From positions 2,166,068 to 2,230,067 of the forward strand of contig OY282354.1 of assembly GCA_958295485.1 (NCBI GenBank): a stretch of DNA of 64,000 nucleotides, given 5' to 3'. The position numbers and the translations under genes were made by a program. Shown piece by piece: positions 61,906-64,000 of this stretch. The stretch is from an uncultured Gammaproteobacteria bacterium (GTDB lineage Bacteria; Pseudomonadota; Gammaproteobacteria; Eutrophobiales; Eutrophobiaceae). Within the stretch, counting starts at the first letter, position 1. Each line of letters opens with the position of its first letter. The notes beneath the pieces were generated by a model. The model was not told the DNA's origin and ran no database searches. It saw only the letters and a list, made by a program, of their open reading frames with translations.

Positions 61906-62379
61906 TCAGTTCTTGTTTTTGTCGGGCGGCGCCGGTCGAGTCGAATAACCCGAGGTGTTTTTCTCAACCCATCGCTCCCCGTTTTTGACCGTTTCCTTTT
62001 TCCAGAACGGCGCCTTATGTTTCAAGTCTTCGATAATAAACCGGGTCGCATCCATTGCATCGCCCCGGTGCGCCGACCAGGCCGCGATTAAAACTATATC
62101 ATCGCTTATTTCAATTCTGCCCACGCGGTGCAAGACTAAAATATCAAGCGCCCGCCATTGTCCTTTTGCCTGCCGGCAGATCTCGTCCAGGTGTTTTTCA
62201 GTCATGCCGGGATAATGTTCCAGGGTCATGTCCCGAATTTCTTCGCCTTCGTTGAAATCCCGCATCTTGCCGATAAACACGCAGGTCGCGCCGAATTTCC
62301 CCGCCGCGCCCAGTGACTCCTGGTAACGCTTTACTTCCGCCAGGGCATCAAAAGGCGCCGGTCTCAATTCCACGGGCAT
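61906..62379 (-). CDS. moaE: Molybdopterin synthase catalytic subunit MoaE
   Basis: 157 aa. GATCVFIGKMRDFNEG...APFWKKE motifs. Follows moaD. Confidence 0.9.
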   Translation of the reverse strand: MPVELRPAPFDALAEVKRYQESLGAAGKFGATCVFIGKMRDFNEGEEIRDMTLEHYPGMTEKHLDEICRQAKGQWRALDILVLHRVGRIEISDDIVLIAAWSAHRGDAMDATRFIIEDLKHKAPFWKKETVKNGERWVEKNTSGYSTRPAPPDKNKN

Positions 62380-62388
62380 GACCTGGAT

Positions 62389-62637
62389 TCACCCCCCGGT
62401 AACGGGCGGAAAAAAGGCGACCTCATCGCCGTCTTTCAATTCAGGGTCGCCCTTGACGTGCTCCATATTGATTGCCACCAGGAGCGAGTCCGGCATTTCC
62501 CTGCCGCCGGACATTTCCCGCCAAACGTCGGACACCTTCAGGCCTGCGGCGTGTTCCATTGCGTCCTCCGCGCGCCCCAATTCCTCTCGCATACGGGCAA
62601 AAAACTTTACTTTTATCGACATTACGTTCAACTCCAA
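62389..62637 (-). CDS. moaD: Molybdopterin synthase sulfur-carrier subunit MoaD
   Basis: 82 aa, ubiquitin-like, C-terminal FFPPVTGG. Confidence 0.9.
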   Translation of the reverse strand: MELNVMSIKVKFFARMREELGRAEDAMEHAAGLKVSDVWREMSGGREMPDSLLVAINMEHVKGDPELKDGDEVAFFPPVTGG

Positions 62638-62648
62638 CGGTATATCAG

Positions 62649-62871
62649 GGCAAACGCATACTTTGAAAAGCCCCCTGATAAAGGGATAAACTTACCAGCC
62701 CCCTGACAAGAAACCATGAAGAGGGGAACAAGCCTTCGGTGATAGCCCCTTATCAGGTCATAACTTGAACAGCAGTTCCCGCTAACAACGGGTTTGGGGG
62801 GTAAAACAGCCCCCAAATCCACTTTCGACGAACAGCGGGAAAACTCCTGTAATTTGAAGTATGCGTTTGCC
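62649..62871. repeat. Composite repeat region bracketed by a 15-bp perfect inverted repeat (ggcaaacgcatactt / aagtatgcgtttgcc)
   Basis: IR arms at 62649..62663 and 62857..62871. Inside are three CCCC(C)TGAYAAG-type motifs plus the short MITE copy. It fills the moaD/moaC divergent promoter region. Confidence 0.7.
62775..62841 (+). repeat. MITE-like element, copy 3 (67-bp short form lacking the internal core)
   Basis: gttcccgctaacaacgggtttgggggg-taaaaca-gcccccaaatccactttcgacgaacagcgggaa. Both ends match copies 1 and 2. Confidence 0.7.
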
Positions 62872-62916
62872 TTGAAAGGCATGTGGCGTATTATAAACAT
62901 TTTTTGCATGAATGAT

Positions 62917-63414
62917 ATGTCGAAACTGACGCATTTCAACAAGACCGGAGAGGCGCGCATGGTTGACGTCGCGGGCAAGGACATGACCCACCGCATCGCC
63001 GTGGCTGAAGGGGTAATCAAGATGCAGGGCGGTACCCTCGCCCTCATCATGGAGGGCAGTCATAAAAAAGGCGACGTATTAGGGATAGCCAGGGTCGCCG
63101 GCATCATGGCGGCGAAAAAAACCTCGGAGCTGATACCTCTTTGCCATCCCTTGACAATCAGCCATATCGAAATCGAGCTTGAACCCAGGCCGGATAATGC
63201 CTGTGTTTATTGTCGGGCGCAGGTCGAAACCATCGCTCAAACCGGTATTGAAATGGAGGCGCTGAATGCAGTCCAGGTCACCCTGTTGACAATCTATGAC
63301 ATGTGCAAGGCCGTTGACCGGGGCATGAGCATCGAATTCGTCAGACTCCTGAAAAAATCAGGGGGGAAATCCGGTGACTGGACGAACAGGGAACAGGCAG
63401 CGGGCAACGGGTAA
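62917..63414 (+). CDS. moaC: Cyclic pyranopterin monophosphate synthase MoaC
   Basis: 165 aa from the ATG at 62917 ([18 protein letters not shown]; an alternative ATG is at 62908). [29 protein letters not shown] motif. Confidence 0.93.
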   Translation: MSKLTHFNKTGEARMVDVAGKDMTHRIAVAEGVIKMQGGTLALIMEGSHKKGDVLGIARVAGIMAAKKTSELIPLCHPLTISHIEIELEPRPDNACVYCRAQVETIAQTGIEMEALNAVQVTLLTIYDMCKAVDRGMSIEFVRLLKKSGGKSGDWTNREQAAGNG

Positions 63415-63433
63415 CAGCCGGTTCCCGCATCAA

Positions 63434-63478
63434 GGCAGGCGCCGGGGCCTGCCCCCTGCAGCATGGGTGGACAGGGGG
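63434..63478. terminator. Two GC-rich hairpins between convergent moaC and the PCD gene
   Basis: ggcagg-N8-cctgcc (63434..63453) and ccccctg-N13-caggggg (63452..63478). The sequence resembles the 3' module of the GC-rich dispersed repeat. Confidence 0.35.
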
Positions 63479-63487
63479 CGCAGGCTG

Positions 63488-63877
63488 TCAGCCGTACTTG
63501 ATATATTTGAATCTTTGATCGTCCGGCGTGCCGTCCAGGGCGCTGTCTTCATCCACCCCCGGTTGCCACATTACGACTTCTTCAATTTTTTTGGCTAATT
63601 CGAAATCCTTGTCAGTCACCCCTTTGGCGGCATGGTTCATTAATTTAACGATCACGAAAGCATAACTCGCCGTAAGGTCGGGATGATGCCAGGCCGCCTC
63701 GGCCAGGTGGCCGACTGTATTGATCACCATCAACGTCCCTTTCCAGCCACTGGTTTTGTACCTGCGACGGATCCAGCCGTCTTCGTAATACCAGCCCGGC
63801 AATTCATCTGCAAGCCGTTGTTCGATCTCTGCTGCTTCATAAGTAGCGTCTACTTTGTCTTTGCGCCATTTTGCCAT
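63488..63877 (-). CDS. 4a-hydroxytetrahydrobiopterin dehydratase (PCD/DCoH family)
   Basis: 129 aa. Core motif VGHLAEAAWHHPDL...V.V.L..H. Confidence 0.8.
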   Translation of the reverse strand: MAKWRKDKVDATYEAAEIEQRLADELPGWYYEDGWIRRRYKTSGWKGTLMVINTVGHLAEAAWHHPDLTASYAFVIVKLMNHAAKGVTDKDFELAKKIEEVVMWQPGVDEDSALDGTPDDQRFKYIKYG

Positions 63878-64000
63878 GGTGTGCCTCCTCGATGTGATGA
63901 CTTGATTATCGGCCCTGTCGATACAGGGATTAATTTCCTGATTTCAGCGACTTTCGCGCCGTCAACCTGCATGTTGCGCTTGCATTCTTTACATAATGCC

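Noticed and set aside
63900-64000. Possible partial gene at the right edge of the window.
   Set aside because: There is too little sequence and no ORF-track support, so no call can be made.

Overview
This 64-kb window looks like chromosomal DNA from a gammaproteobacterium. That call rests on gene content and order; no taxonomy was computed. It is densely coding, with about 63 protein genes, and I saw no rRNA, tRNA or CRISPR array. Most of it is housekeeping backbone: rarA-lolA-ftsK; aat-infA; kdsB-ycaR-lpxK-exbDB-comEC-lolD/E/C in a Pseudomonas-like order; tsaB, gcvH, cpdA, asnS, yoaA, epmA-efp and parC ... parE. It also carries a rubrerythrin / HdrD-like Fe-S / DUF3501 cluster, xseB-ispA, folE2, mazG, an Lpp/OprI-like lipoprotein next to an L,D-transpeptidase, moaB, a CPA2 antiporter with an Rdx-family protein, ampG and an OFA-type MFS transporter. 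The molybdenum-cofactor genes are split into three units: moaA-fdhD-mobA-mobB-moeA, moaD-moaE-pqqB, and moaC. The stand-out is a visibly AT-rich ~8-kb insertion (about 47.8-56.3 kb) between the MFS gene and moaA. It encodes a 796-aa protein with no motif I can recognise, a 1187-aa SF2 helicase (DrmA-like) and a 606-aa Cys-rich DUF1998-type protein (DrmB-like), followed by a small orphan antitoxin-like gene. There is no methyltransferase, PLD nuclease, integrase or tRNA in or beside the island, so it is a DISARM-like helicase/DUF1998 core without the usual modification and nuclease partners. This is the best candidate for an undescribed defence system. Secondary observations: several intergenic repeat families (NNTGAAG heptamer arrays, a MITE-like element with CCCGCT termini, GC-rich ~90-bp repeats, CCCCCTGAYAAGGGG hairpins); an exact 80-bp tandem duplication at the mobA/mobB junction; a mobA whose conserved N-terminus lies upstream of any canonical start codon; and partly homogenised lolC/lolE paralogs. 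All functional calls come from reading the translated ORFs, recognising motifs and synteny. No database search was run.
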